Positions 18,503 through 32,751 of a stretch of 62,000 nt of DNA are shown in pieces. The notes beneath the pieces were generated by a model. It saw only the letters and a program-made list of their open reading frames with translations. It did not search any database and had not been told where the DNA came from. The first letter of the stretch is position 1. Each line of letters opens with the position of its first letter. Origin of the DNA: Schmidtea polychroa (taxonomy: Eukaryota); contig CM097885.1 in NCBI GenBank assembly GCA_044892525.1, positions 1,426,001 through 1,488,000 on the forward strand, in the 5' to 3' direction. The position numbers were made by a program, and so were the translations under genes.

Positions 18503-21500
18503 TATTTTCTATAAGGATTTATCATCATTTGTTATATAGTTCATTTGAATTAAATAACAAATGATGATAAATCCTTATAGATGTAACAATTAGTTTTCTA
18601 TATAGAATAAAACTTTAATTTTATTATTTAACAGGTAGACTATACCCAAATTATTGCCAATCGTCAATTGGCCATAACGATCAATGCCATCGCACGATGA
18701 AAAAATATTATAGGAAAACGTTTAATTCTATCAACTTTTTTATATGTCCCAAATGCGTAACTAGCGAAAAAATAAAATATAAGACATTTTTTAATAACCA
18801 TCGTAATCATTTAGGGCAATTTTCGATTTCAAAAAATGCTTTATTTAAAAAAATAAATAAAAAGATAAATAAAGATTTACAAAAAAATTTACAAAAAAAT
18901 ATTATTAAAAAAGATATTAAAAAAGATATAAAAAATATTAAAAAAAATATTATAAAAGATTCCATTAAAACAGATTATAAAGATACTATTAAAAATATTA
19001 TTAAAAAAGATACTATTAAAAATATTATTAAAAAAGATTCAATTAAAAGACCTGCTGGTTTAATTAAAAATTATATTCCAAATAAATTATCGCGACCTGA
19101 AGTGATAGTCATCAGCAAAGATGAATGTGTAGCTTCAACATCGTTCACACAACAAGCACCCTTTACACAACAAGCACCCTCTACACAACAAGAAGTGATA
19201 GTCATCAATGATGAATGTGTAGCTTCAACGTCTTTCAACATATGTCAAATAGGCGGCTCTTTGTTTGAACCAGTTGTTGAATCCAATTTGAATGGATCAC
19301 GAATAACTTTGAAATTTAATATAAGAAATGAAAACCTGGCTAAAATAACCCTAACATCAAAAATTGAAGAAAGGTTATTAGAAGAAATAGAAAAGATGGG
19401 CAATGTTAAAATTAAATTTACAATTTTAATTAAATTTGAAAAAGATGGGGAGATCCGGGATAATTATTTTTCAAACAATGCGCAAGTTTTTACTGCTAAC
19501 TTTATAAAGGAGGGGGTGAGCAAATTAAACGAAAAGATTGAACAATTTACATATTTAGGAAGCGGGTGGCGAGTAATGAATATTTTAGAGATAGATTTTA
19601 TTTTAACGAAATATGCACCCGTTAGTAGATTATCCGGACATAGTTATATAAAAACCCCATCTGCATTAAAATTAAAACATTCAATAATTAATGTTAAAAA
19701 CAACGACCATAAGTGTTTCTTGTATAGCATTCTTGCACTTTTAAAAAGAGAAGAAATAGGTCGTAATCACCAAAGAGCCGCCAAATATTATGAATTTTTA
19801 CATCTTTTAAATTATGATGAAGACACAGATTGCCCGATGAGACTGTGTAACATTCCCAAATTCGAAAGGAAAAATTGAGATTTAAACTTGAGCATAAACG
19901 TTCTTTCTTATAATTCAGCCAGTTCCGATTGTGATATTTCTGAGGATTATGTAGCTCACCACCTTCATCTTAATATTGTACATCGCTCCAAGGTTATAGA
20001 AGGTAGGCCGATTTATTTATTACTTTTGAGTAATAAAGATAAATATCACTATACGGCCGTGACAGACTTGGACAAATTAATGAATTGCCATTTAAATGAA
20101 AATGTTAATGTTCAAATAAGGTGTAACTGGTGCCCACATTGTTTAAATGGCTTTAGATATAAGAATGCTTTCGATCAGCATGTTGCTCTATGCTGTAAAA
20201 ATCAGACTGGCACAACCTTGTGCACACTTCCTAAAAATAAGGATTTATTATTCACAGATAACGCAAAAACCGTTACACCTCCCTTTGTAATTTATGCCGA
20301 TTTTGAATCGGTTTTACCTGAACACGAAACACATCATCAAATACATTTACCCATATCAGCAGGTCTTTTATTAATTAATAATTATACAAACACTAAAGGC
20401 ATGTCTACTTTGTCTTTTGCTCAGGAGCGTGCCTTTAGATCTAGCACTATTTGTTACTTGTGTAAAAAAAGATATTATTAATCCTGTGAGAGATCATTGT
20501 CATTTTACTGGTAGATATGTCGGAGCGGCATGTAGGAGATGCAATGTCTCTCGCAGGATTAATAAGTTGTTACCAGTAGTCTTTCATAATTTACGAGGCT
20601 ATGACCTCCACCATATTTTAAAACATGGTCTCAGTGATTTTCCCCTTTGGGAACTTAATATTATACCTACCTCTACAGAAAAATTTATATCTTTAATTGC
20701 ATATATTAACAAATTGCCTGTTCGTTTTATTGACAGCATGCAATTTGTTAATTGTTCTTTAGCAAAAGCTGTGAAAACACTTACTACTTTTCCGTTAACT
20801 TCGTCTGTCTTTCAAGGGTCGATGATTCACTCTAAAGGTGTCTTTCCGTATGATTTTGCTACTTCTTTGGATGTTCTTGAATCGACTTTAGAATTACCTC
20901 CTATCTGGTCTGATATTACGGAAGATCAGTACGCTGAGGCTCAACTAATTTGGAGACAGCATAACTGTAATAATTTGTTAGATTATATGTTAATCTACCT
21001 ACAATTGGACGTATACCTCCTCACAGATTATTTTCAGCAATTCCGCGGTAAGGCAATTGCTTACAATGGTCTGGATCCTCTTAATTTCTACGGGATTCCC
21101 GGTATGTCATGGGCCTCAGCGCTTATGATATTAACGGAACCCATAGAACTTTTGCAGGACATAGAAATGTATAATTTCTATGAGGGAGGTATCCGGGGTG
21201 GGTTAGCATTTGTTAACAAACATTACACGGCTACTTCAGATGACACAGAATTATTGTACATTGATATTAATAATCTGTATGGTTGGGCTCTTAGCCAAAA
21301 TCTTCCGTATCGTGATTTTTCTTGGGTGAATAAAAATTTGAATGATGTTTTACTTGAATGTATGAACACGGATATTGATAACCTTCCATATGGGTATACT
21401 ATGGAGGTCGATATCGATATTCCGGAATGTGTGCATGACTTTTTGAATGATTTTCCGCTTGCGCCGGAAAAGTTGTGCCCACCTAATTCAAAAGTTGAGA

Positions 21501-21897
21501 AGCTTATGCTTACGCATTGGCCAAAGAGGAACTATGTTCTTCATTGGAGGCTTCTCAAATTGTATATAGAATTAGGTGCGGTGGTTGTAAATATTCATCG
21601 TTGTATAAAGTTTAAACAAGGACCTATCTTTAAATCGTACATAGACACCAACACTACTTTACGATCTCAGTCTACTAGCGAAATATATAGGGACTTGTTT
21701 AAATTGTATAATAATAGTCTGTACGGTTAATCTGTCGAAAATCTGAAAAAACGAATGAATTTGAGGTTGTGTAATTCATCCGAAAAGGTGATAGTATACT
21801 CCTCAAAGCCGACTTTCAGAAAGTCTATAAGAATCGATGGCGATCTGATTGCGGCACATTTGGAAAAAGATTCAATTTGTTTAGACAAACCTAGCTA

Positions 21898-22655
21898 CAG
21901 AAATCAAAAAGCCATTGGCGCTTCTGACGGTTGTGCAGAACATAACCTTATCCTACAACTAATTAAAGACTCTGCCTTCAGAACCAAGAGTGATCTGCAT
22001 ATTATCTGAATATTACGCATTCGGCTCAATGCCACATAACCTCATTTGGCACGCTCTATCTGCAATGGGCCTCGACTCCAACTCTATTAATCTTATCAAA
22101 AATATGTATGATGGCGTAAATACTATCTTTGTTTGTGAAGGGGAAAGATCCCCAGAGGTGCCCATAGTTAGGGGAGTTAAACAGGGATGCCCCCTATCTA
22201 TGACTCTTTTTTGTCTTGCCATCGATTTCATACTTAAAAACATTCTCATCAGCCACCCCTTCATATTTATTAACATGAACGTAGGTATCTTAGCATATGC
22301 GGATGACATTGTGCTGGTATCTGACCTGCTCATCAGATCATCAAGAAACAAAATTACCCACATTCTAGATATCAAAGTACCATACGAGCAAAGGGAAAAT
22401 TTTAAAAAAGCGGACGCTGATAATTACGGAAAATATGCCAATTTGGCAATTGAAATCGAAAAAGTTCATAAAGTAAAAACAACATTGTCTACTTTGATAA
22501 TAGGTACTCTGGGCTCTTGGTACAACAAAAATGACCAAGTTCTCAGTAAAATAGGTCTATCCAAACCAGAAATAAAAAGGCTAGCAAGAAACGCTTGCAC
22601 AGTAGCGGTCGTAAGCAGCTATCATATCTTTAGAGAGCACACCCTTAAGGAATAA
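21898..22655 (+). mobile_element. Internally deleted RLE-clade (R2/NeSL/R4-like) non-LTR retrotransposon fragment
   Basis: QKA..DGCAEHN, AFGSMPH, GVKQGCPLS and AYADD RT motifs joined directly to DLLIR..ILDIKVPYE..KY..L..IIGTLGSW restriction-like endonuclease motifs. Confidence 0.88.
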
Positions 22656-22960
22656 TATATTTATATTTATAGTATATAATGTCAAAGCATATCCATATTT
22701 ATTCGTACACTATGGTTATTATAAACGTAATACGATAAATACGTAGTTGTTCAGAATTTCATCCCCTTTCTATCCCCTTTAATTATAAATAACTAATAAT
22801 CATTATTTACAATTATAAGATTAAATATAAATAGATATATATTATCGATGGGTAAATGTAGGGGTACTTGTAGGGGCCCTGCCCATAAGATAATACTTTT
22901 TAGTTGTTCATATCTGTAGTATACCAAACCCTTGTTACTTTATACAACATCCTTTCAATT

Positions 22961-25698
22961 CAGGCCCGTACCCCCAAACGCAAGTCTGGCCCCCCCAAAT
23001 AAAAAAACGGACATGAATAAAAAATTACATTTAATATGTTTGATAAAAGAAAAATTGCTATCGTGCACACATGCATTGACATGGGTGTGCATGAGTTGCA
23101 CATGTAGAGGTTTATGTAGTGTGGACGGGGGTGTGGACTCAACTCACTCCTATGGCAGAGAGACATGTTAATTGATCATATTTTGTAACATTATTTTCAT
23201 CGTATTAGAACATGTCGACACAAAAGAGTATCATGAATTTCTTCCAAGTCATTCCAAAGAATTCTGTAACTTCAGTCACTTCATCCAGTGATAGTATCTC
23301 TGCTACTATGTCCTCAACTTGTGCTAGTCCTTCATCTGTACCTGCTATTTCATGTATCCGTAACAGTGCAGTGATGTCCTCATCTTCTTGTGCACCTGCT
23401 AAGACTCTGTCATCTACTAAATGTGATCTGGGTGAAGAATTGCCACGCCAGCCAACTTATGTAAATTTCCCAAAGACTTCGTTTGGTTCAAGGGAACGCT
23501 CATTTTCGTCTGTGTGGTATAATGGAAGACCATATTTGGAGTACTCTATTGAGAAAGATGCAGTCTTCTACTTTTGCTGTAGAAAATTTTCATTGCCCGG
23601 CTCTGCTGGCGAAAGTGCTTTCAGAACAGGAGGATTCCGAAATTGGAAATCGGCTTTAGAAAAAGGAAAAGGTTTTCAAAAGCATGAATCTTCTGCTGGC
23701 CACATCCATGCCATGGAACGCTGGAAAGAGAAACAGCTGAGATGTGAAAAAGGTGAGGAAGTTTGCACTTTGATTAATGAAACACAGCTGAAGAACAACC
23801 GTTATTATGTCAACGAAATCGTTGACGTTGTAAAGTTTCTTGTGACAAATGAATTAGCCTTTCGTGGTGACAGTTTCAGTAGAGATCATAAGCTTCCGTG
23901 TGGTCTATTTTTACGTCTCTTCGAATACACTGTTAAGAAAAATCCTGAGCTGGCTCGAATCATTAAAACGATTCCCAAAATTGCCACGTACACATCACCT
24001 CGAATTCAAAATGAAATTATCGCGTTAATGGCATCAATAGTGCAAGAGTCAATTGTTAAGAAGTGCAAGTCTGCGGATGTTGAATATTTTACTCTGAAGG
24101 TGGATGGTACCAAAGATCGAAAAGGGACTGAGAATGTGTCGATTGCCATAAGGTTTGTCTCAGCAGGACAACCTCAGGAGCACTTAATCTGCATTTCCTG
24201 AACAATTGCTCTCAATACAGAGGCCTTCACAGATGTAATTTTGACAACCTTGAAAGAGGCTCAGTTGGATCCTAAAAATATAACACATTTTTGTCATATC
24301 CTAAGGTTGCGGCCATATATCAAGGCGATAAATTGACACGGCTCATGGAACATCGTTGGACAGGACACTTGCAGACGACTCAGGCAATAACAACTAATTA
24401 TGATACAATTGTGAATTTGCTTGAGATGTGTTCTAGTAGACATTCTCACTTTTCAATTGATATTCAATTGGAAGCTACTGGACTCTTGCATCGAGTCAAT
24501 GAAGTGGAGTTTCAGTTCATTGCACACATGGTGCTCTCATTGCTGACTATCCTTGAAACAGCCAACAATAGCTTGCAGGGTCAAGCAATGGACCTTTCTT
24601 CAGCATGTGATGTTATGGATGCCGTCATAGAGCGCATTCGCAGCCTACGCAATGAAGAGGAATTCCAAGTTCTTTTTGGGAAATTCGAAGGTCAAATGGA
24701 TATGGAACAGACACCAAAAAGAAGAAGAACTCAGATGAACTCAAAATTAGACAACTTCATTGTGTTCGGATCTGTGGGACAGCCAGAACACCAGGCTTTG
24801 CCTATCAGATGCGCATATCGCCAGATGTATTACGAAGTCGTTGATAGGACTCTGCAGGAACTAACAAAACGCTTCGGTGTCACCAACAGAAGCCTTTATA
24901 AGTCTCTTTAGCGACACTGTGTGGCGTGGACCTAAGCGAAACCCAACATGAATTTGAAACTGCAAAGGTTTTCCTATTGAAGAGAGCCAGTACTGTGACA
25001 AACGTTCATCAGTTAGTGCAAGAACTGTACTCATACCGAGATGCTTTTCCATCTGTCTATCGTCTTGCAGCTTCTGCACTGACAATCGGTGCTTCAACTG
25101 CCACATGTGGGGCGACTTTATCTCGTACTTTATCTCGTGTCTTAACTCCCTTTCGTACGTCGATGAGCCATTCTCGTAAAGCCAACCTTGTATTGCTCTC
25201 ATTTGAAAGTGACATCAGTAATAACATCAAATCTGATGAGTTTCTTCGGCGGTTTCATGAAATGAAAAATCGTCGACTGCAGCTATTTTGAGTCATGTCG
25301 ATATCTCACACACGTAATTTCTTTTTTCTGGATCTAGTTCCTGTGTAATTTCTATTGCACTCACCTTTAGTTTTCAAATCTGTGTGACTGTGTGTTCTGT
25401 CTTTGTATGTCCAATTGTCCGTCGTGCAAATACATGCAGCTATTTGTTTTTTGTGTTTGTTCCTAAAAAATGTGCGAAAATCATTTCCTATATACTAGTA
25501 TATGCAATAATGTAGCAAAATAATGCTCAGACAAAATGTTGATTTTGCTTTCCTTTTTTTTTAAATTGAACATTTCGGAGTGCAAAATGTGAGTAGTGAC
25601 TAGTCTGTTTTCATAAAATACTTAATTTACACGAGAATTACTGGCCCCTTTAATGAGAGTCTGGGCCCCCCGTCAAAAGGTGTCACGGTACGGGGCTG
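22961..25698 (+). mobile_element. hAT DNA transposon with both ends
   Basis: 12-bp TIRs CAGGCCCGTACC / GGTACGGGGCTG (1 mismatch); perfect 8-bp TSD TTTCAATT at 22953-22960 and 25699-25706. Confidence 0.95.
23212..25291 (+). pseudogene. hAT transposase (ZMYM1-like), fragmented
   Basis: TTF-type ZnF (RSFSSVWY..YLEYSIEKDA..CCRKF..GFRNWK..HE.S.GH), LAFRGD, YTSPRIQNEII, VDGTKD, HRW, C-terminal dimerisation region. Stops, frameshifts and an internal deletion. Confidence 0.9.
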
Positions 25699-26819
25699 TT
25701 TCAATTCTTATTATATTATTACAAGTACATCATATATTAACGTTACAAAAATCGCAAATGGAGTCTTCCTACTCCGATATTTTAATTTTTACTAGACAAG
25801 AAGCATATGAAGGTTGAAATAAAAGCCTATAATAAGAGCAAAATGTTGAAATTCAGAAACCTTATAAGAGGGATCGACGTAGTGCGGTACATTGTTAGAC
25901 CAATAAGAACGATTATGACGAAGCCACAGGAAGTTTGACGGTAAAGGACATTCGGCATACAAATGGATAACTGCATGAGGTAGGTTCATGACGAGTAGCA
26001 CCTCCATCAATGCAGTCAAGGTAAAAAGTAATTTGTATTATTACCAGCGAAGAGAGCTACGTTAACTAAGACTAACTGCTTAAAGGCCTCCATATCATAA
26101 ACGACTACAAAAATAAATTTAAATAAAACTTAGAAAAATTAGTTAAAACTAAAATAATACTTAAAATGCTTCATTAAGATTATTTTCTAATTAATTGATT
26201 AATAAAACAATTTAAAAATGAAATTTATAAATAAAATTTAAAATTTTTACAGTTTTAAATTTTAATATAATTTTTAATATTTATTTCATATTCAGAATTT
26301 TATCAAGGGAAATTTTTATTATTCGAAATATATTATTAAAACTTTAACAATTTATCAACAATTTTTATGTAATTTTATATATAAATTTGCAGCTTGTTTA
26401 AGATAAACTTTGTCAATGTTGCTGCTGATTGATGATAAATTGAGAATGGAGAACTGGAACTTTGTCCTATACCCTTCTGTAATTCATTAGGAAATTCACT
26501 CACTACCTTTCTAAACTGTATTTTCTTCTTGTCCTAGAGCTTTTAGACGTCTTGAAAAATAATTTTTTTTATAGAATTAAATTTAAAGTTTTGCATTTAA
26601 ACAAATATGAATTTTCTCATGGGAAAATCTTATTAAGAATAAACATTATCAAATGCAAATTAAAAAAATATTTAATATTCAATTTGAAAATTTTTGTAAA
26701 ATTTTTGTATTTTTAAAATTAATTGCAAACATGTTAATAGAGATATTTAGAATTTCAAATATTGTAATTTTATGTTTGTAAAATATTAATTGAAAATGAT
26801 AATTTAACTTTTATTAGTT

Positions 26820-28230
26820 AATTAAGGTTCAAATTTTTAAACTAAAGTAAATTATGGTTCTTAAATTTAAAATTAAAGTAAATGATGGTTCAAAAATTGA
26901 ATTACAGTAAATTAAGGGTCTAAAAATTGAAATATAGTAAATTATGGGCTAAGATTTTTGAATTAAAGTAAATTAATAGATATATTTGGTAATCAATGGG
27001 CTGAAATAAGTAAATTAAGTTTCAAATTTTTTAATTAAAGTAAGATTTTTAAATTTAATAACAAAAAGTTGGAATAATAGTCAGTAATTAAGAATTGAAA
27101 TTTTTTAATGAAAATCTTTAATAAAAATTTTTTAAGATAATTTTCAACGAAAATTTTAGTGGATTAATTTTAAGTAAATTTTTTTAATGAAATTTTTTTT
27201 TATAGATTAATAATAATATTATTATTTCAACCAAATACTATACAACACATAAAAATTAACTAAACATAGTAGGTAGTTAGGTGGTCTACACTAAAAAAGC
27301 CAAGGATTTTTCAGACTATAGTGAGGTGAGTCTCCTTGGTCCTGAGAAATAGGTGGTCTACACTAAAAAAACGTGGTAATTTAAGGTCTCAGGATATTTT
27401 CAATACAAAAAGCTGGTCTACACTAAAAAAGCATGGTAATTTAAGGTCTCAGGATATTTTCAATACAAATAGGTGGTCTACACTAAAAAAGCCAAGGATT
27501 TTTCAGACTATAGTGAGGTGAGTCTCCTTGGTCCTGAGAAATAGGTGGTCTACACTAAAAAAACGTGGTAAATTTTTTCAATTAAAGTAAATAATGGTCC
27601 AAATTTTTCAATTAAAGTAAATAATGGTTCTAAAAAATTAAATTAAAGTAAATAAAGGTCAAAAATTTTGAATTACAGTAAATTATGGTCCAAATTTTTC
27701 AATTACAGTAAATAATGGTCCTAAAAAATTAAATTACAGTAAATTATGGTTCTAAAAAATTAAATTAAAGTAAATTATGGTCCAAATTTTAAAATTAAAG
27801 TAAATTTAGGTTCTAAAAAATTAAATTAAAGTAAATTATGGTTCTAAAAATTAAATTAAAGTTAATTAAGGTCCAAATTTAAAATTAAGTAATCAATGGT
27901 AAAAGATTTTAAATAAATAAATTAAAGTAAATTAAAGTAAGATTTTAAAATTTATTAACAAAAGTTGAAATAATAGAAGGTGTTTGAGAATTGAAATTTT
28001 TTAATGAAAATTTTTATGAAATAATTTTTAAGTAATTTTTAATAGAAATTTTAATGAAATATTTTTCAATGGTAATTTTTAATGGAAATGTTTATGGAAT
28101 AATTTTTTAAGTAATTTTTAATGGAAATTTTTATGAAATATTTTTCAATGATAATTTTAGATGGAAATTTTTAAGATAATTTTTAATGAAAATTTTTATG
28201 AAATATTTTTCAAAGACAAATTTTAATAAT
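26820..28230. repeat. AT-rich ~30-bp minisatellite (AAATTAAAGTAAATTATGGT...) and related repeats
   Basis: Many tandem degenerate copies; recurs at 29230-29530 and inverted at 48370-48720. Confidence 0.85.
27281..27570. repeat. Higher-order tandem repeat of 60/72-bp units starting G(G/C)TGGTCTACACTAAAAAA
   Basis: Five copies arranged A-B-B-A-B'. Confidence 0.9.
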
Positions 28231-28239
28231 AATTCAACA

Positions 28240-29200
28240 ACAAACCAACAACTTAGTACCAACAACCAGTAACTTACAAACATGTATTAACAACCAGATA
28301 CCTACAACTAGTTACTAACAACTAGTTACATGATACTAAGTAAATACAACCACCTAACAAGTACTAACAACCAAAAACAAGCAACCAACCAGGTACCAGT
28401 TACCAACTACTAAGTACCTACAACCAACTAGTTACCTGTTACCAAGTACTTACAACTAAATACTAACAACCAGTTACCTGATACCTAGTACTTACAACTA
28501 GTTACTAACAACCAAAAACAAGCAACCAACTAGGTACCAAGTACTAACAACCAAAAACAACTAGCTAACAACTAGATACCAAGTACCTACAACCACCTAC
28601 CTATTAACTAGCTACCAAGTACTTACAACTAGCTACGACCTACCAAGTACTAACAACTAACAACAACCAGGTACTAGATACCAAGTTTTAACAACCTACA
28701 ACAACTAGGTACTAAGCATTATCAACCAAGTACCTAAAACCACCTTACAAGTACATACAACCAACATCAACCAGGTACCTACAACTAGATACTAACAAAC
28801 AGTTACCAAGTACCTACAACCACCTACCCATTAACTAGCTACAACCAGCTAACAACTAGCTACCAACTACCAAGTACTAACAACCAACAACCAGCTAACA
28901 ACTAACTACCAGATACCTACTACTTACAACCAACAACTAAGTACTAACAACCAGCTAACAACTAGATACCAGGTACTAAGCATTATCAACCAAGTACCTA
29001 CAACTAGATACTAACAACTAGATACCAAGTACCTATAACCACCTACCTATTAACTAGCTACTAGTTACTAACAACTAGATACCAAGTACATACAACCAAC
29101 ATCAACCAGGTACTAAGCATTATCAACCAAGTACTAACAACCAAGTACAAGATACCTAGTACTGTCAACTAGATACCAAACACTTACAACCAGATGACCA
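28240..29200. repeat. Strand-biased C/A-rich satellite (AACAACTAGATACCAAGTAC-type)
   Basis: Degenerate short tandem repeats. Confidence 0.85.
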
Positions 29201-29528
29201 CATGAAATTATTGGTTAAATATGAAAATAAGGGTTATAATTAGTTGTTTAGTAAATTATGGTGTAAAATTAAAGCATAAATAGGTAAATTAAGGATAAGT
29301 AAATTAAAGTTAAAAAATTAAATTAAAGTTAATTAAGGTCCAAATTTTAAAAATAAGTAATCAATGTTCTAAAAAATTAAATTAAAGTTAAATAAGTAAA
29401 TTAAAGTAATAATTTTTAAATAAGTAATGTAATATGAAAATTAAAGTAAGATTTTTAAATTTATTATCAAAAGATTGAATAACCACCAACTTTTTTGAGA
29501 AATGCAATTTTTAATGAAAATTTAAATG

Positions 29529-29571
<43 letters not shown>

Positions 29572-30261
29572 TATAATAATAATTAAACAGTTACCAACAA
29601 TCGGTTACTGATTATTTTTAACTAGGTGCTAACAAATACTTTCAACATGATACCACGTACTAACTAACTCTCAAACAACCACATACTTACAACTAACTAC
29701 TTACAATCAACTAAATATTCTTCATTGTATTTTATGAAATGCTTTTTAAATTAATTTTTTATCTATCTTCAATAATATATTTAATTACAATCAGTAGAAA
29801 AAACGTTTCAAATTTAACAAAAAATGTTGATTTTCATCAAAAAACCACAACTCAACCACTTTAAAACACCACGTGAAATTCAAAATAATTTAAATTACAA
29901 TGAAAGACTAATGAATTCTAATTTACAAAACATTCTTCTTTTAATTGATTACTACTGACTTATTATTGCAAAGTAAAAATCGCATTGTTGATCAGTTTTA
30001 TTATATATACTCTTAGTCTATCCGACAGGATGTTTTGACTCCCTAAGGGTACAGGTCGTATGGGTATTAGTCGTAAGGGTATTAGTCGTAAGGGTACTGG
30101 TCGTAAAGGTACTAGTCGTAGGGATTTTGGTAACACTCAACCACAACCTACCCATTAACTAGCTACTAAGTACTAACCACTAGGTTTCAAACAACAACTA
30201 CTAACAACCACCATAAAAACCCATCGAGAAATTAACAAATATCAACCTACAACTATATAAC
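29002..30261. repeat. Left copy of an outer inverted duplication (partner 47614-48946)
   Basis: Reverse-complement match with SNPs and indels from AACTAGATAC(29002) to AACTATATAAC(30261). Confidence 0.9.
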
Positions 30262-32751
30262 AACAATCAGTAAACAACACTGTACCAACTACCAAATACA
30301 AATTATTCTTCATCGCATACACTATTTTCTTATCAAAATCTAAAAAGTCAACCAACTACTTACAACCAACAACTATGTACTAACAAATTGATCTTTAAAA
30401 GCAAATACTCTTCACTTGAAAAATTGGATGAAAAATTATTTGAACTCAAGGCATCAATAACTTGGTAAAAATTGATTAAATAATTGTAAAAATTTAAATT
30501 ATTCAAAATAAATATCATAAAAATTTAATTAATGGACAAGAAAGAATTCTAATCATTAATCATCCAGTAAATAAAAAAAATACTGATCATTCAAGTTTAA
30601 TCAACTAAGATAATAAATTAATAAAAACTTTGAAATAAGATCTAGTAGAAAATTGATTTAGATTGAATAAATTAATTTAAATAAAATTAATTTTAATTAT
30701 TTTTGTAAAAGTAATACATGTACTCAAATTGATTGACTGATTTCTCAATATATTCAAAAAATCAGTATAAATTCATTACAATTATCATAGTCAGCAATCT
30801 ACAATAAAAATAATTATCATTAAATTCCAAAAGAGACTAGATAACTAATGATAACATCAAACAAACCAGTAAATTCATTTAAATGACAATAATTGGTATA
30901 TCCAAGTGAATTCTCTAATAAAATCATCTAAAAAGCATCATTTCCCCTAAATATATCAATATTTAAAGATTAGTATTTTAATGATAAATACTTGTTAAAG
31001 ATCATATATTCACCTCAAACTAACAAGATTCCTTAATCCATATTAATACAAATATCATCAAATTTCCCTGAAATATCTCTATCTTTTAAGATTAGTATCT
31101 TATCGATAAATATCCTTAAAAGGTTATATATTTACCTCAGAATAATAAGATTCCTTAATATCCTTTTAAATGACTAATTCCTATTATCACGAATATTTCC
31201 CTATAAAACATGTAAAATAATTTGGTCATTAACCCTAAATAATTTATAAAATCTAATAATAAAACCGGTTATAATAAAATTTTTGTTAATCACTGTACTC
31301 GAAATTTAAAATAAATATAACTGACTAGGTCCCATTGAAAGATTAAATTTATCCATTCAATAAAATATATTTCTTCAAATGATCATTTTTACCGATATTC
31401 AACCGATTTAATTATTAATTAAAATCAAGATTCCTTCCAATAAAGATCAATTTTATTTAGTGTTTGTCGATGTTTTAAGTCCACATTTCTCAACTTTTGT
31501 CATTCTCCGCCTAAATAAAGATAAAAATAAATTAAAGTTGAAGTCAATCCCAATTATCTATAAAGATTTCATTGTCAAAACCAAGTAAATCGATCATTAT
31601 CCCTACTTAATAGAACATTGTTCTAAATTAATTTACTGTGCATTAATCACAATCTAATAAAACGATATAATTATTATTGATACATAACTGACTAATGTAT
31701 TGACATTTCCCTTAAAACATTGATATTTTACCAACAGCATACTTAAAAAATCATATATTCCCATCTTAACCCATCTCTCATTAAATTCAATCGACTATAT
31801 CCCCCTTACAATGATATATTTCCATCTTATCTGATCTCTCATTAAATCTTACCGACTATATCCCCTTGAAAAATCATATATTCCCACCTTATCTGATCTC
31901 TTATTAAATCTAACCGACTATATCCCTTTAAAAATCATATATTCCCATCTTAACCCATCCCTCATTAAATTTAATAACCGACAATATCCCATTTTATCCG
32001 ATCTCTCAGCAAATATTTCTACCCTTTTAAACATCTATCCGATTATATCCCTTATTTTCCCTAAAGATTTCACCCACTTGAGCCCTTTAATATATATCAA
32101 TCCTCTTAAAATCCTCAGAGAACTTCAAAAATATGACTTTTAATTAATTGTTATAGAACCAGACAAATAATAAGGGCCCATTAAAAGATCAAAATTCACT
32201 AAATTTTCTACAAATATTTACCATCAAATAAAAATACATCCAATTATCAAGAAATTAATTAAATTTATCTTAGAATTAGCATTAAATTATTAAATATTCA
32301 TTCAATAAACATCAAATTTGCAAAAATGTTAGAAATCCACAAAAATAATAGAAATTTACAAAAATCAAAGAAATGATAGAAATCCACAAAAATAATAGAA
32401 ATTTACAAAAATGATAGATATCCACAAAAATTACTGATATTCACAAAAAAATTATGGAAATTCACAAGAATAATAGAAATTCACAAAAAATGATGGAAAT
32501 TAATGAAAACGATAAAAATTCACAAAAATGATAGAAATTCATAAAAATGATAGAAATTTACTTGAATAAAACCATCAACTCTAAAAATTATCAATGAATG
32601 CCTTATACAAATTTGCCTAAATAATCATTCAAATAAAAGCATTAAATACCTTTACGACTAATACACTTACGACATGTTGAATGTGAGTAGTACCCTTGTG
32701 AGCAGTACCCATAGGGGGACAGAATATTTTGTCGGATAAACTCAGAGTATA
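30006..32751. repeat. Unit bracketed by inverted TATACTC..TATCCGACA..GGGTA motifs; diverged paralog of 38369-40170
   Basis: Motif on + at 30006 and on - ending 32751; interior blocks (ATTGTCAAAACCAAGTAAAT, AATTATCAAGAAATTAATTAAATTTATCTTAG) shared with 39120-39920. Confidence 0.65.

Larger units (their letters stand above)
12204..21897 (+). mobile_element. Polinton element B (different family), interrupted on the left by A and truncated on the right by a non-LTR fragment
   Basis: Integrase-chromodomain tail, penton, core protein, MCP, adenain and pPolB all on +, with overlapping stop/start codons; proteins are only distantly similar to A's. Confidence 0.92.
16116..21897 (+). pseudogene. Spliced pPolB of element B; exons 16116-16164, 16204-16266, 16310-16414, 16465-16695, 18635 onward
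   Basis: Four phase-1 GT-AG introns join into the frame of ORF 18697. Downstream motifs INVKNNDHKCF, IYADFES, RDHCHFTGRYVG, FHNLRGYD, DINNLYG, KLYNNSLYG. Stops at 19876 and 21728, frameshift near 20470, truncated before DTDS. Confidence 0.85.

Noticed and set aside
25792..26019. 75-aa ORF or possible host exon
   Set aside because: No recognisable motif, TTG start, and no consistent splice or frame support.
27281..27570. CRISPR-like repeat/spacer pattern
   Set aside because: The spacers are duplicates of two types, there are no cas genes, and the context is eukaryotic; it is a higher-order tandem repeat.
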